From: Laetmonice hystrix
Lineage: Eukaryota
Reading direction: 5' to 3'
DNA length: 64,000 bases
Assembly: GCA_965235115.1 (NCBI GenBank)
Contig: OZ249445.1
Span: forward strand, 8,122,001-8,186,000
The position numbers and the translations under genes were made by a program. Below, piece after piece: positions 61,001 to 64,000 of the stretch. The number at the start of each line of letters is the position of its first letter. Within the stretch, counting starts at the first letter, position 1. A model generated the notes under the pieces. That model saw only the letters and a list, made by a program, of their open reading frames with translations, was not told the origin of the DNA and did not search any database.

Positions 61001-64000
61001 CTCTGTATACGACTCATGACGTGTGCTCTGTACGCCCCTCTCTGTATACTACTCACTCTCTGTATACGACTCATGACGTGTGCTCTGTACGCCCCTCTCT
61101 GTATACTACTCACTCTCTGTATACGACTCATGACGTGTGCTCTGTTCGCCCCTCTCTGTATACTACTCACTCTCTGTATACGACCATAACGTGTGCTCAT
61201 TACGCCCCTCTCTGTATACTACTCACTCTCTGTATACGACCATAACATGTGCTCATTACGCCCCTCTCTGTATACTACTCACGGCCCGGTCTGACAGACC
61301 TCGGGGGAGGCGGTGTACGTGCCGGACCTGTTGCCGGTGGCCGGGGAGGTACACGCCGCGCTCGTTCTCACTACGGTCGGTAACGCCACTGTCAGTGACA
61401 TCGATGAGACGGAGGCCATGGTGAGACATCAACAAAACCAAGGATCTAAACTGATGGCATTTAAAGACGTCAGTCACATCATTGTTAAACTAGCGTATAC
61501 TTTTCAAAACGTTCGTTTGAACCAAGTTCCAAAGAAGTTCATATACCGCTTAACCCAGTAATACTTGATCATCATAATCTCAACATAGTTGTACGTGTCT
61601 CTTTTTTTAAAGAAAATGCCGGGCGTGATAAAGTTTTTGACCTACAAAGATATTCCGACCGGCGGGAAGAACAACTTCATGCCACATGGCAGTGTGGAGG
61701 AGGTATTTCATATTCACGTTTCGCTGATTTTATTGACATCCGAATCTATTACTTCAAACGTTGTTCCGTACCGCCACCATCTGTAATTCACTGACATAAA
61801 AAGTGTTACAATTTCTGTTAAATAATCTCTGATCTTTTTGCTAAAGACGCTCACATCACAAACGTTGCATTTAATTACAAATAAAGATTGTTATGTGTAC
61901 ATTCTGACCTGGATGTCAATCTATACTAGGTCCTGAGCAGCGGCGACTCTCTCTACGCTGGCCAGGCGGTCGCCATCATCGTGGCAGGTATGGACCGGTT
62001 GACCAGGATAAAATGCGAATAAATACAATTGCTAGTTTCATAATTAGGCTAGCAGGATTTGTTATACCTGACGTATTTGCAGGTCATGTTCATATAATTT
62101 CTATGATTCCTCACCGATCTATTTCAAACATATAGACATATATTTCATTGTGACCTTTCACTGTGACCTTTAGACACCCAGCTGCACGCAGATGAGGCAG
62201 CCACCAAGGTGAAGGTCACATACAGCAACCTAAAGACGCCCATTCTCACCATAGAGGACGCCATTACGGCTGGTTCCTACTGGCCCACCTGGGGTAACGA
62301 TGTTAAGAAAGGAGATGCAGCAGGTAGGCTGTGAGCGAGTTTATCTGACTCGGTCTCAACAAGTGGGTCATAAAATGGAGTTCTTGTCACACTGATGGAT
62401 CATTCTGTTATATCATCCTACTTGTAGCCGGAGTACCTTAACTAAGCCTGAACGACATCTATACGATCGGGACAAGGTCATGGCATTGGCACCATCTATG
62501 TTTTCTCGCTTTAGGAGCGATAGCATCCGCTGATGTCGTTGTCAAGGGCAAGATCAGCATGGAAACACAATATCACTTCAACATGGAAACACAGGTAATC
62601 TACTATCAACTAATGCCCAATAAATTAAGGTACTCATTTTGAAAAAAAAAACAATTCAACAATTAAACATGGAAAAAGGTATTGTTGTGCTAGCAACCTT
62701 AGCTAGGGCGGGCCAATGTAACTGGTATTATCTTTATGGGCAGACATCTCAGGTGATCCCGACTGATGACGGAGTCGAAGTGTGCACGACCACCCAGTGG
62801 CCAGACCAGGTTCAGCAGGCCGTCGCTGATCTTCTTAACATAAACAACAACAGGTACATGATACAGCGACGGTATCTATCGCAGTTCGTCAATGACATTG
62901 AGAATTTATTTTTAATAGATTCCCCTTGGAATGACGGTTGAGTGTAGGAACGACAGATGTACAGATAGAGTACATGTATGTATGGGTGATGATTTCAGGG
63001 TGCACGTGTCCGTCAAACGTCTGGGTGGTGGGTACGGCTCAAAGATATCCCGGAACGCCCAGGTGGCTGGAGCGACAGCCTTGGCGGCCCACGTCCTCAG
63101 GAGGTACGCCCCACCCCGGCCACAGCGTCCGGTGGCGGGCTTACTTATAGTATACAGCGTAGGCATGGAGCAAGGGGATAATTGTTGGTAATGTTTGGTC
63201 AAAATAGCAGGATTCTAAGGGTGGTCTATTCAGGCTAACAAAGGCTCATGTACATCATCAATACTGTATTGGTAGAGCACATGGAAGATATCACGAGACA
63301 TACAGCGGCAGTGGTTTATGGCAGTGTAAATTGCCAATAGATCATGTCCCAGATTATAAAGAACGTGTTATATACAATCATAGATCTGTTTGATATACAA
63401 TCATAGATCTGTTTGATATACAATCATAGATCTGTTTGATATACAATCATAGGTCTGTTTGATATACAATCATAGATCTGTTTGATATACAATCATAGAT
63501 CTGTTTGATATACAATCATAGATCTGTTTGATATACAATCATAGATCTGTTTGATATACAATCATAGATCTGTTTGATATACAATCATAGATCTGTTTGA
63601 TATACAATTATAGACCTGTTTGATATACAATCATAGATCTGTTTGATATACAATCATGGATCTGTATCTCTCAAACCATGACTGAACCATTGTTTCCATG
63701 ACTGCAGACCCGTGCGGATGATGATGAGTCTGGCGTCCAACATGGAGATGGTTGGCAAGCGGGTCCCTTACATGGCGGATTACGAGGTCATATAGTTCTA
63801 CAATTATAAAGTGTGCTTTCCTGTTCCAACTAGTGAGAGCAAAAGAGATAATTTAACATGAATAATAAAGTCTTGGTGACATTGTTTTAATGATTGATCA
63901 GATTGGGGTGTCTACTGACGGGTTACTGAAGGGGGTGAAGATGACGTATTACGCTGACTGTGGCAGCTCTCCCAATGACAACACCGTCAGGGAGGCCATC
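55027..64000 (+). CDS. Aldehyde oxidase / xanthine dehydrogenase-family molybdo-flavoenzyme (5' part, runs off window)
   Basis: Exons 55027-55081, 55720-55889, 56172-56332, 57429-57594, 58033-58255, 58390-58463, 58713-58859, 59098-59200, 59543-59685, 59797-59968, 60248-60348, 60430-60588, 61298-61420, 61613-61702, 61930-61987, 62174-62323, 62515-62594, 62744-62853, 62999-63103, 63708-63786, 63902->64000; all phase-consistent. 2Fe-2S motifs [17 protein letters not shown] and NICRCTGFR; FAD region [11 protein letters not shown]; Moco region QYHFNMETQ and [11 protein letters not shown] probable non-coding exon ends at 54350. Confidence 0.93.
55241..55499. mobile_element. MITE of the CAGG TIR family (older copy)
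   Basis: CAGGCACGGCGGAGC ... TTCCGCCGTGCCTG; flanks TCACT/TTAGT (3/5 match). Confidence 0.55.
56341..57185. repeat. 15-bp minisatellite CACACACCCAG(G/C)GTT filling oxidase intron 3
   Basis: ~55 units starting 8 nt after the donor; two interspersed variants. Confidence 0.95.
59252..59411. mobile_element. MITE, CAGG TIR family, 5-bp TSD
   Basis: CAGGCGCGGGGATCAGGAA ... TTCCTGGATCCCCGCCTG; GGTCT at 59247-59251 and 59412-59416. Confidence 0.8.
60109..60236. other. Assembly gap (128 N) inside an oxidase intron
   Basis: Run of N. Flanking exons join in phase, so no exon need be missing. Confidence 1.
60692..61281. repeat. Composite ~57-bp minisatellite built from ~19-bp subunits, oxidase intron 12
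   Basis: Unit ATGACGTGTGCTCTGTACGCCCCTCTCTGTATACTACTCACTCTCTGTATACGACTC with a variable number of CTCTCTGTATACTACTCA subunits. Confidence 0.9.
63370..63665. repeat. 23-bp minisatellite (~13 copies), oxidase intron 19
   Basis: Unit GATATACAATCATAGATCTGTTT. Confidence 0.95.

Noticed and set aside
60745-61245. Repeat-derived ORFs
   Set aside because: Intronic minisatellite; the oxidase exons on either side join in phase.
48798-64000. Amt plus XDH as a purine/nitrogen catabolic cluster
   Set aside because: The enzyme lacks the Glu802 equivalent, so it is probably not an XDH; adjacency alone is not evidence.

Overview
Eukaryotic (non-vertebrate metazoan, probably marine invertebrate) genomic DNA with GT-AG introns, many G/C homopolymer runs, MITEs, minisatellites and two N-gaps. 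Genes reconstructed by hand, with all splice phases checked: (1) last exon of an unknown upstream + strand gene (5187-5458); (2) a candidate secreted peptide/neuropeptide precursor (12068-17657, +, 97 aa: signal peptide, RYRK site, Gln-initiated 38-aa peptide with a Cys-x10-Cys loop) that I cannot assign to a known family, which is the most interesting item; (3) a 19-exon RFX6-type transcription factor (43475-32792, -, 868 aa); (4) an intronless TMEM45-family gene (-); (5) a 12-exon Amt ammonium transporter (+, 525 aa) with Leu at the F107 gate position; (6) an aldehyde oxidase/xanthine dehydrogenase-family gene (+) running off the right edge. Mobile DNA includes a frameshifted Academ-like transposase, six RFX X-box-type palindromes spaced about 174 bp apart, a foldback structure made of two inverted 38-bp arrays, several TIR elements with readable TSDs (3, 4, 5, 8 and 9 bp), a SINE with a 12-bp TSD and a CR1/L2-group LINE 3' end. 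No database searches were run; family calls rest on recalled motifs, and counts and coordinates were made by eye.
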